Position numbers and translations under genes: made by a program. From positions 8,610 through 72,609 of the forward strand of contig JBAYGS010000004.1 in NCBI GenBank assembly GCA_041666545.1: a DNA stretch of 64,000 bases. Reading direction: 5' to 3'. The notes under the pieces are model-generated. The model worked only from the letters and a program-made list of their open reading frames with translations, was not told the origin of the DNA and did no database searches. The stretch is from Minisyncoccota bacterium. Its GTDB lineage: Bacteria; Patescibacteriota; Minisyncoccia; Phycocordibacterales; JBAYGS01. This document shows, piece by piece, positions 35,706 to 46,039 of this stretch. The first letter of the stretch is position 1, and the number at the start of each line of letters is the position of its first letter.

Positions 35706-36799
35706 AAATTGGCTTTTTGGCTCACAATTTAGGTCATGACAATGGTGCCGGAGTTTTTGCCAATCGCATTGTCGAAGGGGTTAAAAAAGCCGGTTTTGAG
35801 GTTGTGGTTTTAACCTCGATTGCTTCCGGCAAAACTTACGAGAAGGCTCTGATTTCTCCGAACCGTTTCCAACTGCTTAGAAATTTTTTAAAAATTCGAT
35901 GTGAGCTCGAGGATTGTGACCTGATTCACGCACTCGATCTCTTTCCATATGGTTTTGTCGCTTTTTTCTGCTCACTGGGTTTGCATAAGAAGATGGTTCT
36001 GACTTTGGTTGGCAGTGGCTCGATTATCCCGCTTTATAATTTTTGGCAAAAGTGGCCGGCGCAGCTGGTAATTAAAAAGGCTCGGCACTTAACGGCGATC
36101 AGCAGTTTTGTGGCCAAGGAAGTTTTGAAAAAATTACCCGCCAAACTCGATGTCTCCGTGATTACACCGGGAATCGATTTTGCCAAATTTCAAAATCCTA
36201 AGCCGGAACTGGTGGCGAAATTTTCCGGTCTCTATTCACCCTATCTCATCGGTGTAGGATCATTACGCTGGCGCAAGGGGTACAAGTACACCATCTCGGG
36301 CTTCGCTAAGTTGGCTAAGCAGTTGCCGACCTTGAAGTATGTGATAGTCGGGAAGAAGTACAGCGACAAGCAATACAATAAGATCGTCGATTTGATCCGA
36401 GAATTGAATCTGGAGAATAGGGTAGTATTGCTTACCGATGTCGACGATTTGGAAGTGCTCAAAGCTTTGTATGCCGGAGCCGAGGTGTTCGGCCTGCTTT
36501 CTCAGAATATTGGTCACGATGTTGAAGGTTTTGGCATGGTATTTTTGGAGGCGGCGGCGCTAGGTTTGCCGATTGTGGGCAGTAAGGATTGCGGGGTTGA
36601 GGAGGCCTCACTTAGCGGTCAGAATGGATATTTGGTAGACTCCACAGATGTCGACGGGTTTGTCTTCGCGGTTGGAAAGATAATCGCTAGTCCGAATTTA
36701 AGGCGGGCGATGTCAGAGAAGTCGGTCGAGTTTGCAAAGAGTCAAGGTTGGGATGATAAAATTAAGGCCTATTTGAAGATTTATGAATCAATCATTTAA
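35702..36799 (+). CDS. Glycosyltransferase family 4
   Basis: FGMVFLEAAALGLPIVGSKDCGVEEA motif. Confidence 0.8.
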   Translation: MKIGFLAHNLGHDNGAGVFANRIVEGVKKAGFEVVVLTSIASGKTYEKALISPNRFQLLRNFLKIRCELEDCDLIHALDLFPYGFVAFFCSLGLHKKMVLTLVGSGSIIPLYNFWQKWPAQLVIKKARHLTAISSFVAKEVLKKLPAKLDVSVITPGIDFAKFQNPKPELVAKFSGLYSPYLIGVGSLRWRKGYKYTISGFAKLAKQLPTLKYVIVGKKYSDKQYNKIVDLIRELNLENRVVLLTDVDDLEVLKALYAGAEVFGLLSQNIGHDVEGFGMVFLEAAALGLPIVGSKDCGVEEASLSGQNGYLVDSTDVDGFVFAVGKIIASPNLRRAMSEKSVEFAKSQGWDDKIKAYLKIYESII

Positions 36800-37334
36800 A
36801 AGACTTAATCTTGGTTGTGGCCACGACATTAAATCGGGTTGGATCAACGTTGACTCGATAAATTTGCCAGGCGTTGATATCGTTCATGATTTAAACCAAC
36901 TGCCACTGCCTTTTAAAAACAATCAATTTGAAGAGATCCTTTGTCAGGATGTTTTGGAGCATTTGGAGTATATTCCGGTCTTGAAGGAGATTCATCGGAT
37001 TTTAGATGTGGGCGGCCAAATTAAGATTCGAGTTCCGCACTTCACTTCTCGGGTCAATTTTATGGATCCGACTCACAAGAAAATGTTTTCGATCAGAACT
37101 TTTGATTTTTTTACCAAAACTTCTTTCAAAAATCGAGCCTACTATTTCGATTTTCATTTTACTAAAGTTGTCGAAGCTAAAATTATTTTCGAACATAGCT
37201 TGAAGTGGTTTGCTTTCAATCACTTGGTAAGTTTCTTGGTCAATCACAGTCGGAAAGCTCAGGACTGGTATGAAGCTACCGGCTTCTCCAGACTTTTTCC
37301 GGCCCAAAACATCATTGTCACACTGCTAAAATGA
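36783..37334 (+). CDS. Class I SAM-dependent methyltransferase
   Basis: LNLGCGHDIKSGWINVD (motif I). DVLEHLEY...LDVGGQIKIRVPH (motif II/III). Confidence 0.75.
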   Translation: MNQSFKRLNLGCGHDIKSGWINVDSINLPGVDIVHDLNQLPLPFKNNQFEEILCQDVLEHLEYIPVLKEIHRILDVGGQIKIRVPHFTSRVNFMDPTHKKMFSIRTFDFFTKTSFKNRAYYFDFHFTKVVEAKIIFEHSLKWFAFNHLVSFLVNHSRKAQDWYEATGFSRLFPAQNIIVTLLK

Positions 37335-38521
37335 AAATTGCGATTATTGTCAGGCGATTAAATGTGCGAGGTGGCACTCAACGGCAGGCCATTGAGTTGG
37401 CTCTGCGCCTGCAAAGTTCCGGCAATTCAGTGACTCTGTACACTTTTAAATATGAGCCGAAAATTTGTTTTGTGAGCGCTCTTCACAATCTCAAGGTGAT
37501 TGAACTTAAAACTGAAAGCCGTCAGCCGGCTGGTTATTTAAAAAATCTCTGCTTGGAACAGAAAAAGGCCAAAGAATTGGCCAAGTTGATTGATCAAGAT
37601 ACCGAAATTTTGAATCCGCACGATCAGTTGAGTTATAAAGTGGCCTATTACTTTAAGAAGCAAGTCAAAAATATTCCCTCAATCTGGATGATGAATGATA
37701 TGCCGACCAAGTGGCCGTCATTTCTTAGGGAGAGGGAGGTAAATCCGAATTTGAAAATCGGTTTACTTAAACACCTGGCCTACAAACTTTTTGACTATTA
37801 TGATACGCACAAATTTATCAAAGCCCAGAATAGGATTGTAGTGCTCGACAATCGCGATCGAGATTGGGTCCGCCAATTTTTTGGCCAAACGGCGGAAGTG
37901 GTGAGGAGTGGTTTGGATATTAGCGGCTTTATTTTCAAAGCTCGAACGGTCGTTCGTGGCGAACAGATTAAAATTCTGACGACCAGTATCTTTTTTCCTC
38001 ATCGTCGCTTTGAAGACACGATTGAGGCAATTTCGATTTTGAAGTCTAAAGGTTTTAATTTAAAATTTCAGATTGTCGGTGATTTTGATTCTGATAAAGT
38101 TTACGCTGACTTTACCAGACGACGAATCGTGGAACTCGGCCTTGAGCACGAGGTTGAAATTATGGGCCGAGTCAGTGATGAAGAGCTTAGGTTCTTGTAC
38201 CAGAGCGCCCACCTGTTTGCTTTTGTGAGTCACATGCAAAGCTGGGGTTTGGCGGTTTTTGAAGCGATGGCTACGGGTTTGCCCATTATCGTTTCCGAAA
38301 CTACCGGGGCGGCTGAAGTCTTGATCGATAAAAAGCGGGCGCTTTTCGTGCCGCCAAAGTCACCAAAAGCGATTGCCGGGGCGATTGAGCTTTTAGTCGG
38401 CGATCCGAAGCTTTATCACGACTTGGCGTCTAATGGCCGGCAATTTGTCGAACAGAATATTTCTTGGGAAAAGTACACGGCCAAAATGCTCGAGATTTTT
38501 CGTAGTGAGCTTAAGCGTTAA
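37331..38521 (+). CDS. Glycosyltransferase family 4
   Basis: WGLAVFEAMATGLPIIVSETTGAAEV motif. Confidence 0.8.
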   Translation: MKIAIIVRRLNVRGGTQRQAIELALRLQSSGNSVTLYTFKYEPKICFVSALHNLKVIELKTESRQPAGYLKNLCLEQKKAKELAKLIDQDTEILNPHDQLSYKVAYYFKKQVKNIPSIWMMNDMPTKWPSFLREREVNPNLKIGLLKHLAYKLFDYYDTHKFIKAQNRIVVLDNRDRDWVRQFFGQTAEVVRSGLDISGFIFKARTVVRGEQIKILTTSIFFPHRRFEDTIEAISILKSKGFNLKFQIVGDFDSDKVYADFTRRRIVELGLEHEVEIMGRVSDEELRFLYQSAHLFAFVSHMQSWGLAVFEAMATGLPIIVSETTGAAEVLIDKKRALFVPPKSPKAIAGAIELLVGDPKLYHDLASNGRQFVEQNISWEKYTAKMLEIFRSELKR

Positions 38522-38540
38522 ATGGTTATAATGTTTTAAT

Positions 38541-39893
38541 ATGAGGCCCAAAACAATTTTTATCAGCAGCTTCCATCCGATGATTTCACGCAATATTTTG
38601 GCGACTGATTTTTTTTCATACCTGAAAGCTCAAAAAAATATAAGGATTGTCATTCTGGTTCCAAGATATAAGGCCGAATATTTTAAGCAAATGTTTGGCT
38701 CGACCAATGTGATCATTGAAGGGGTTGGCCCCTATCAAGCTTCGCGGACTTTTCTCGGTCTGTTGTTTAAGAAATTAGGGGTGATGCTTTTTAACACAAG
38801 AACGGCACGGAATCGAAAAAGATATGAATACCTTTATCACAAAAAGTACGGCCTGTACTCGGCTTCAATGGTCCTGGGCTCAATTGGCCGTTTTGCTTTT
38901 GTAAGGGCAATTGTTCGCGTCTTGGACTTAAGTTTTTGTCCACAAGGCTATTTTCTCGACTTGTTTGAGAAGTATCAGCCGGATTTGGTTTTCTCGACCG
39001 ACTTGCAGAATGAGAATGATGTTAGCTTGTTGCAAGATGCTAAACATCGGAAGGTCAGGATTGTCGGCATGGTCAGGTCTTGGGACAACCCAACTCAAAG
39101 GATTTTTCGGATTTTGCCGGATCGGCTGGTGGTCGGCTCCCAGGAGTTATTTTCTGAAATTTTGGAGTTATATAAGTATCCGGCCAAACTAATCAGCGTT
39201 ATAGGTAATCCTCACTACGATCGGTATCTTGTGGGCCCGACACAATCGAGAGGCGATTTCTTCAAGTCTTTTGGAATATCACCAGATCGTAAATTAATTG
39301 TTTATGCGCCGGTGAGCGACGCCCTGATAAAATTTAACGATATCGATCAGTACGTGATGTCTTTACTGGGTAAAGTCGAGGCTTCCGTGATTGTGCGGTT
39401 TCCGGCGGAAAAAGGTGTACGTCTGGATAACTTTGTAAAACCTGACAATATGGTTTTCCATCGGACGGGCAAGTCCTTTAACGATAGGGAGCAAGGCGAT
39501 CGAGAGATTACGCCGGCCGACGATGAGAGTCTGATCAACGAGCTATTTTATGCCGATCTGGTGATTACTGGACCGACGAGTATCGCTGTCGATGCGCCAT
39601 TTATGGATCGGCCGACAATCGCCGTGAATTTTTATCCCACACCCAGAAATTTCTTTGAGACAGTTTACTCATATAAGTGTGATCACATTCAAAAAGTTCT
39701 GGAAACCGGCGGCGTGCATTACAGTGACAGTGTCGAAGATTTTTTTCAGGCGATTGCGGCTTATCTCAAAGATCCGGCCAAAGATCGAGCTGGAAGGCTT
39801 AAGATTAAGCAGAAATGGTTTTCAAAAGCTGACGGCCTGGCGGGCCAGAGGCTAGCCAAAGTTGTCATAGATGAATTAGCTCTCAAATCATGA
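38541..39893 (+). CDS. CDP-glycerol glycerophosphotransferase (TagB/TagF)-family protein, paralog 1
   Basis: 450 aa. KLIVYAPV (cf. TagF VLYAPTWR). C-terminal GPTSIAVDAPFMDRPTIAVNFYP (cf. TagF DYSSVIFDYLLLDKPIIFY). Confidence 0.5.
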   Translation: MRPKTIFISSFHPMISRNILATDFFSYLKAQKNIRIVILVPRYKAEYFKQMFGSTNVIIEGVGPYQASRTFLGLLFKKLGVMLFNTRTARNRKRYEYLYHKKYGLYSASMVLGSIGRFAFVRAIVRVLDLSFCPQGYFLDLFEKYQPDLVFSTDLQNENDVSLLQDAKHRKVRIVGMVRSWDNPTQRIFRILPDRLVVGSQELFSEILELYKYPAKLISVIGNPHYDRYLVGPTQSRGDFFKSFGISPDRKLIVYAPVSDALIKFNDIDQYVMSLLGKVEASVIVRFPAEKGVRLDNFVKPDNMVFHRTGKSFNDREQGDREITPADDESLINELFYADLVITGPTSIAVDAPFMDRPTIAVNFYPTPRNFFETVYSYKCDHIQKVLETGGVHYSDSVEDFFQAIAAYLKDPAKDRAGRLKIKQKWFSKADGLAGQRLAKVVIDELALKS

Positions 39894-41305
39894 AGACGAT
39901 AATTATTCCGGTTACCACCAATTTTTTTACCAGGAATTATCTTCATTCCGGCTTTATCAGCAAGATCGCTAAGACGCCGGAAGTGCAGATTGTTCTTGTG
40001 GTACCGGGACGCTTGAGGTCTGATTATGAAAAAATTTTCGCCGAACTCGATAATATCCGGTTGGTTGAATTTCCACATAATGGTCATCGACTGGCCGATA
40101 AGATTTTTAAGTTTATTGAGACTTCAAGTATCAGTACTCACACTCGATACATGCAGATGATGTCGGAATTTTTCCGACTCCAGGCCAAACATAATTTCTT
40201 GGTGAGATGGTCGATCTTGTTCACTCGGCTTGGTTTTTTCGCCTTAGGTAAATTTAGGTTCTGGCGAGTTTTTATAAGGTGGAGCTATGGAGTAATCCCG
40301 AGCCGGACTTTTGCCGAAATACTCAATGAGTATCAGCCGGATTTGGTTTTCTCTCCGACCATGCTTTATGACGATTATCGGATTCTAAAAGAGGCCAAGC
40401 AGAGGGGGATTAAAACTGCCGGCATAATCCTAAGCTGGGATAATCTTTACAGTAAATCATTGTTGCGTGTTCATCCGGATCAACTTTTTGTGCACACCGA
40501 GGTGTTAAAACAACAAGCCGCGAGTCTTGGTGATTATCCGGCTTCGCATATCTTGGTCACCGGAGTCTTGCAGTATGATCGGTATTTCAATCGGGATCAG
40601 ACTAAAACCGACTGCCAAGCTTTTCGAGAATCGGTCGGCTTTAAAAAAGATGAAGCGATGATCTTGTACGCCTTGTCGGGAAAGGCCGGTCTTGATATAG
40701 ACTTTGTTATTCTTAAACTGATCAGAAAAATTATCGATAGCGGACAACTAGAAAGGAAAGCCAATGTTTTGATTAGGCCGTATCCCAAGGTTGATTTTTC
40801 CGTAGAAAAGCTGGAAAGACTGCAAGCCGAACTCGGCTTTGTTGGCCAGTCATCAGTGGCCCATTTTGCCGAACGAGATGATTGGGAGTTTGATGAACAA
40901 TCTTTAAATTTGCTCGAAATGCAACTCCAGTGCACTGACATCGTCATTACCATGTATTCAACTTTCTTTATCGAGGGGGCGATTTTTGACAAGCCGCTTA
41001 TCGGTATAGCTTTCGATGGTGACTTAAAGCGTGATTATTGGAATTCGGCCAAACGATTTTTTGATTGGGATCATTTAAGAGATATTAAAACTACCAATGG
41101 CATTGATTTGGTGAGGACCGAGAATGAATTGAAGGAGTCACTTAACCTGGCCATTAAAAATCCGGGGCAACTTCAGTTGGGTCGAGAAAGTATTGTTAAG
41201 ATGCAATGCGAGTTTACCGACGGTAAAGCGAGTTGGCGGCTGGCTTCCGCGATCAGTAAATTGTTAAGCCAGGAGACCGACAAAACCATTCATGCTAATA
41301 TTTAA
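39890..41305 (+). CDS. TagB/TagF-family glycerophosphotransferase-like protein, paralog 2
   Basis: 471 aa. Same architecture. MYSTFFIEGAIFDKPLIGIAFDG. Confidence 0.5.
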   Translation: MKTIIIPVTTNFFTRNYLHSGFISKIAKTPEVQIVLVVPGRLRSDYEKIFAELDNIRLVEFPHNGHRLADKIFKFIETSSISTHTRYMQMMSEFFRLQAKHNFLVRWSILFTRLGFFALGKFRFWRVFIRWSYGVIPSRTFAEILNEYQPDLVFSPTMLYDDYRILKEAKQRGIKTAGIILSWDNLYSKSLLRVHPDQLFVHTEVLKQQAASLGDYPASHILVTGVLQYDRYFNRDQTKTDCQAFRESVGFKKDEAMILYALSGKAGLDIDFVILKLIRKIIDSGQLERKANVLIRPYPKVDFSVEKLERLQAELGFVGQSSVAHFAERDDWEFDEQSLNLLEMQLQCTDIVITMYSTFFIEGAIFDKPLIGIAFDGDLKRDYWNSAKRFFDWDHLRDIKTTNGIDLVRTENELKESLNLAIKNPGQLQLGRESIVKMQCEFTDGKASWRLASAISKLLSQETDKTIHANI

Positions 41306-41310
41306 CCTTA

Positions 41311-42717
41311 ATGAAAAAAACTGAAACAATTTTAATTAGCATCGCTTCTTCAGCCGCCTTTCGAAACCTGTTTTTATTTCCAGGGAGTTTCCTTGATTAT
41401 TTGAAACAAGCGATGCGGTCGGGTGATTTATCTGTCGTCTTCGTTGTGACAAAGCAATATGACGCTAAATATCGCGAATTTTTAAATCAGGCGTTGGCTG
41501 AAGTCAAAGATTACTGGACGATCGAAGTCATTAAAGTGCCGACCCCTAGAGGATTTCTCCAAAGATTTTTCTATTTCTGTTACTCGTACCTGATCTTTAC
41601 CGGCACCACGATGATTATGGCCACGATTGGTACCCGGCCGGATGAACCGCCGGCTGGCGGGCGAGGATACCTTTCGCCGATTAAAGGATTCATCAGTTTG
41701 AGTCTTGGGAAATCAGCTTATGTGAAGCAAAAACTGGTACCGGCTCTGTTTCAGTCTATTTTCAAAAACATTCGATCTTTTGCCCCAGTTTTCGATAAGT
41801 ACCAACCGGTCAAAATTTTTGCCACCCACATTTATGGTTGGTTCGACATGATTTTGATTTCTGAGGCGAAGCGGCGAAATATCAAGACAGTCGGCATGCC
41901 GGCCGGTTGGGATCATTTGGATAAATATTTCTTGCCGCTCAAAGTTGATCGACTGGTTGTGCAGAGTCAGCAAATTAAAGATATGGCCGTCGATTACCAA
42001 GGTTATAATCCTGAGTCGATTGAAATTGTCGGCTATCCGCACTTTGATTTTATTTGGAAGCGAGAATTTTTGCAGCCGAGGGAGAAAATTTTGGAAACTC
42101 TTAATTTTCCGACCAACGCCAAGTTTATTCTGTATATCTCGGGCAGTGCCTATTGTCCTGATGAGCCGGAAATAATTGAGACCATGATCAAGTGGGCCGA
42201 CGAAAATAAATTTGGCACTGATGTGCGTTTTGTGATCCGCCCTTACCTTGGCGGTCGCAGCAAAGATCGAGAGTTCGATGAAGAAAAGTTTAATCGTTTT
42301 GAGAATAATCCGAGGGTTTATTTTTACCGGCGAGAGTTTTGGGGAGATATCCCAAAAACCGAGCATTTTTTGAACATCATCAATTCTGCCGATGCCGTGA
42401 TTTCGGTTTACAGCACCGCCGTGCTTGAGGCGGCCGTGCTCGATCGCCCGATTGTGGCCCCGCTTTTTGACGGCTATCAAATTCGTCCTTTCAGGCGTTC
42501 GATTACTCGTTTTGCCAAATTCGATCACTTTAAGAGTGTTCTTGAGACCGGCGCCTTAAGAACCCCGAAGAGCTTTAAAGAATTATTTGCCGATCTGGAT
42601 AAATATTTGCGCGACCCTGCAGCCGATTCCGATAAGCGCCGACTTTTGAGAGAAAACGTCTGCGGCCCGCTTGATGGTCATTCATCTGAAAGGGTTTTTA
42701 GGGCTCTGTCTAAGTGA
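41311..42717 (+). CDS. TagB/TagF-family glycerophosphotransferase-like protein, paralog 3
   Basis: 468 aa. KFILYISGSAY. VYSTAVLEAAVLDRPIVAPLFDG. Confidence 0.5.
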   Translation: MKKTETILISIASSAAFRNLFLFPGSFLDYLKQAMRSGDLSVVFVVTKQYDAKYREFLNQALAEVKDYWTIEVIKVPTPRGFLQRFFYFCYSYLIFTGTTMIMATIGTRPDEPPAGGRGYLSPIKGFISLSLGKSAYVKQKLVPALFQSIFKNIRSFAPVFDKYQPVKIFATHIYGWFDMILISEAKRRNIKTVGMPAGWDHLDKYFLPLKVDRLVVQSQQIKDMAVDYQGYNPESIEIVGYPHFDFIWKREFLQPREKILETLNFPTNAKFILYISGSAYCPDEPEIIETMIKWADENKFGTDVRFVIRPYLGGRSKDREFDEEKFNRFENNPRVYFYRREFWGDIPKTEHFLNIINSADAVISVYSTAVLEAAVLDRPIVAPLFDGYQIRPFRRSITRFAKFDHFKSVLETGALRTPKSFKELFADLDKYLRDPAADSDKRRLLRENVCGPLDGHSSERVFRALSK

Positions 42718-42863
42718 AAAGCCGAGTCGGTTTCGCTTAAATTTCTTGACTCGAATTTACAAGCTAGAATGATATAATTATCCGGCTAGTCCTCAATAAA
42801 GTGGAGGAGAGGGATTGAGTTTCAGGTTGTCTATAATTACCAGATCACATTAATTAATATTCA

Positions 42864-43499
42864 ATGAGTGTTTACGATATACCTTTCTGGTCAAAGGATT
42901 TTTATGACCACAAAGCTAGGTGGATCCATTACTATAACCAGATTAGGGCAGTGGCGAATGAGATCAAATTTCGCGGTAAAGATCTCAAGTCTTTCCGTGT
43001 TCTCGAGGTTGGTCCATCGCACGGCCAGGTGACCTCTTATTTGAAAAAATTTGGCGTTGATACCACCACGATTGATAATAAAAAAGAGTATAGTCCGGAT
43101 GTCCTGGGTTCGGTTTACGAGATGCCTTTTCCAGATAATTCGTTCGATATGATTTTGATCTGTGAGGTGTTGGAGCATATGCCATACGAACAGTTTCCGG
43201 TTGCCCTCAAGGAGCTTTACCGAGTGACCAAGAAAACTGTGTTTTTCTCGGCCCCGGATACCAGGAGGACCTTTTCGGGTCTTTACCTGAAATTGCCTTT
43301 TTTGAAAGCGGTTGAATTTATCCTCAAACTTTCGACTCGCCAAAATGAAATCATGGACGGTCATTTTTGGGAAATTGGTAAACGCGATTTTTCCGTCTCA
43401 AGAGTCAAAGCCGATATTGAAAAAGCTGGCTTCAAAATTCTTGAAGATAAGGTTTACTACGATACTCCCAAAAATCACTATTTTTGGCTGGAGAAGTAA
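42864..43499 (+). CDS. Class I SAM-dependent methyltransferase
   Basis: FRVLEVGPSHGQVTSYL. FDMILICEVLEHMPYEQ. Extended -10 promoter tgatataat at ~42770. Confidence 0.7.
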   Translation: MSVYDIPFWSKDFYDHKARWIHYYNQIRAVANEIKFRGKDLKSFRVLEVGPSHGQVTSYLKKFGVDTTTIDNKKEYSPDVLGSVYEMPFPDNSFDMILICEVLEHMPYEQFPVALKELYRVTKKTVFFSAPDTRRTFSGLYLKLPFLKAVEFILKLSTRQNEIMDGHFWEIGKRDFSVSRVKADIEKAGFKILEDKVYYDTPKNHYFWLEK

Positions 43500-43510
43500 T
43501 TTGATGATTC

Positions 43511-45100
43511 ATGTTTGCTAAGTTAATAAAAAATAAAGAAGCTTGGTTTAGGGTCTCACTCGTGACAACAATTTTGCTGGCGATTGCCGAGATCGCTTTG
43601 CTTTTAATGTACAGGGAGACTTGGGTTGATGAGCAAATTTATCTTTTCAAAAGCCTGGTAATATTAAGGGGCGATTTTGTTCCCTTTGGCGATATTTTGG
43701 TTGAATACCCGCCGGCTTTTATCTTGATTTACGGATTGCCCCAGCTAATCTTTGGTGCCGGTTTCTATGTCGGCAGGCTGACCGCCGTTCTTGTTTTGGT
43801 CATCTGTCTAATATTGTTTTTTAAATTAGCTGAAAAACTCAGTAGCCGATGGTTGGCTCTCGGTTCGGTAATTTTTCTTCTCAGCAATGTTCTACTGATC
43901 GGCAATTATATTTCGGTCTCTCTCTACGCTCCGAGTTTGCTTGTAATGCTGGTAATGGTTTATACGGAAACCTTGTCAATCAAGTCTCGATCTAAAATAA
44001 TAATTGCGGGCATTTGCGGGGCGCTGCTGATCCTGATCAGGATTAATTTGGTGCCGGTCGTAATCGTCTATCTGGCTTATCTGATCTGGCAGAAGACTTC
44101 TCTGAAGCAGGTATCCTTATTTGTGGGGGTTTTCGCGGCCGTTGTAATTCTCGGCTATCTGCCAATCGTTCTCAGTAATCCAACTCTGGCGATTAGCTAC
44201 ATCCTGTCTCCTTTCCATGTCTTAGGACCCCTTAAGGCCTTGCCGACTAACGGTGTTTCGAGTCCTGGTCTAAGTAGCATGCTTCTGGTTTTGGCCGAAT
44301 TTATCAAAGAGTATCTTATCTACCTGGCCTTATTTTTGGCTGTGGCCTTTGCTTTCGTCAAAGGACTTTCTAAAGAAGTGGCGATTCGGCAGTTTTTAAT
44401 TCAAGAAAAGATTTATGTTTTCGTGACGGTTTTGGGCGTCGCCCTGATAGCGACACATTATTTTTATTGGCGGATTGCCGGCAACTTGTACTACGCTAAC
44501 TATTTTATCCCAATCTTGGTGTTGTCGGCGATAATCGGGACTTTCAAATTTACGGACGATAAGTCACCTTGGGTTTTAGTTTTAATTGTCGGGATAATTC
44601 TGAACTTTGGCGCTAATATTTTGAGGACTGATGTGGTCTCCAGCCCAAATTCAGAGTCCGATCTCACCAGAGTCGAAAGGGGGGCAGCTTTTGTCAAAGC
44701 TAACACCCAACCGACTGATACCGTTGTTGCGTTTGACAACTCTATTTTTCAAGTTTATCTGGCAGGACGGAAGACTTACCCGCAATTGATTAACCGCGAC
44801 TTTTATTATCTGGGAGGGGAATCTAAGGAAGTCGCCTCATCGTTATTGATGTACAATTTTGACATGCTGACTGATTGGATCAAAAATAGTGACTACCTGG
44901 TTCTTCATGAAGAAAGTTGGCCGGTAATGTTTAGGCGAGCCTTCTGGAAGGACAATGTGAAAGTGGATGGTCGGCTGGAAATCGAAAAGTTGCTGAAGGA
45001 TCGATTCACGCTTGTCGGAACCGAAAAAAATGTGTATCCTCGAAAGTATACCGAGGGTAACGATGGTGGCACCCTCTTACTATATAAGAGAATCAAATGA
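43511..45100 (+). CDS. GT-C superfamily membrane glycosyltransferase (ArnT/PMT-like, GT39/GT83-type)
   Basis: 529 aa. ~11 TM helices. DE motif in the first extracytoplasmic loop (ETWVDEQIYLFKS). Soluble C-terminal domain. Adjacent to a GtrB-like GT2. Confidence 0.5.
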   Translation: MFAKLIKNKEAWFRVSLVTTILLAIAEIALLLMYRETWVDEQIYLFKSLVILRGDFVPFGDILVEYPPAFILIYGLPQLIFGAGFYVGRLTAVLVLVICLILFFKLAEKLSSRWLALGSVIFLLSNVLLIGNYISVSLYAPSLLVMLVMVYTETLSIKSRSKIIIAGICGALLILIRINLVPVVIVYLAYLIWQKTSLKQVSLFVGVFAAVVILGYLPIVLSNPTLAISYILSPFHVLGPLKALPTNGVSSPGLSSMLLVLAEFIKEYLIYLALFLAVAFAFVKGLSKEVAIRQFLIQEKIYVFVTVLGVALIATHYFYWRIAGNLYYANYFIPILVLSAIIGTFKFTDDKSPWVLVLIVGIILNFGANILRTDVVSSPNSESDLTRVERGAAFVKANTQPTDTVVAFDNSIFQVYLAGRKTYPQLINRDFYYLGGESKEVASSLLMYNFDMLTDWIKNSDYLVLHEESWPVMFRRAFWKDNVKVDGRLEIEKLLKDRFTLVGTEKNVYPRKYTEGNDGGTLLLYKRIK

Positions 45101-46038
45101 TCTCAGTTATTGTGCCGGTCTACAACGAGAAGGATAATGTCGGACCTCTGGTTAAAGAGCTGGTTTCAGTTGTCGGTAAAGAAACAAAGGATTTTGACAT
45201 CATCATTGTCGATGATGGTTCAGCTGACAGCACTTACAATGAGTTAAAAAAGCTGGCGGAGACCGAGAAGCATTTGAAGGTTATAAAATTTAGCCGCAAC
45301 TTCGGTCAAACCTCCGCTTTTGCGGCCGGCATCGAGGCGTCGAAGGGGGACATCATTATCACAATTGACGGCGATCTCGAGAATGACCCCAACGACATCC
45401 CTAAGATGCTCCGAATGATTGAAAGCGGAGTTGATCTGGTTTCCGGCTGGCGCAAGAACCGTTGGCAAGGTCAACTGTTTACCCGCAGATTGCCTTCACT
45501 TTGCGCCAATAAGTTGATTTCCGCCATTAGCGGGGTCAAGCTCCACGACTATGGCTGCATGCTTAAAGTGTATCGGCGTGAAGTGATCAAAGATGTCTCG
45601 CTTTATGGTGAGATGCACCGTTTTATCCCGGCTTATGTTAAATATAATGGCGCCAATATCGCCGAAGTTGAGGTTAATTATCGGCCGAGGCGATTTGGGG
45701 TCAGTAAGTATGGTTTGGGAAGGGTTTCCAAAGTTATTTTGGATCTTCTATTTATCAGGTATATGATGAATTATATGAATAAGCCGATCAGATTTTTTGG
45801 CGGGATTGGCATGTTCTCTTTGCTTCTGGGGCTTGTTTCCGGTTTGGCGGCGATAATTTTAAAAATTATGGGCCTCAGAAATCTGGTTGCGACGCCTTTG
45901 CCAATCTTCTCGGCAATCTTTGTAATTGTGGGAATTCAGCTTTTGGTGATGGGTATTTTGGCGGAAATGATCATGAGAACTTACTACGAGTCTCAACACA
46001 AGACGCCGTACAAAGTTAAAAATCGAATCAATTTTTAA
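45097..46038 (+). CDS. Polyprenyl-phosphate glycosyltransferase (GT2; GtrB/ArnC/DPM1-like)
   Basis: ISVIVPVYNEKDNV...DIIIVDDGSADST...ITIDGDLENDP. Two C-terminal TM helices. Confidence 0.85.
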   Translation: MISVIVPVYNEKDNVGPLVKELVSVVGKETKDFDIIIVDDGSADSTYNELKKLAETEKHLKVIKFSRNFGQTSAFAAGIEASKGDIIITIDGDLENDPNDIPKMLRMIESGVDLVSGWRKNRWQGQLFTRRLPSLCANKLISAISGVKLHDYGCMLKVYRREVIKDVSLYGEMHRFIPAYVKYNGANIAEVEVNYRPRRFGVSKYGLGRVSKVILDLLFIRYMMNYMNKPIRFFGGIGMFSLLLGLVSGLAAIILKIMGLRNLVATPLPIFSAIFVIVGIQLLVMGILAEMIMRTYYESQHKTPYKVKNRINF

Positions 46039-46039
46039 G

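Noticed and set aside
41713-42528. 271-aa minus-strand ORF inside the third TagF-like gene
   Set aside because: Fully embedded antisense frame in an AT-rich gene. No start context. The + strand product has conserved family motifs.
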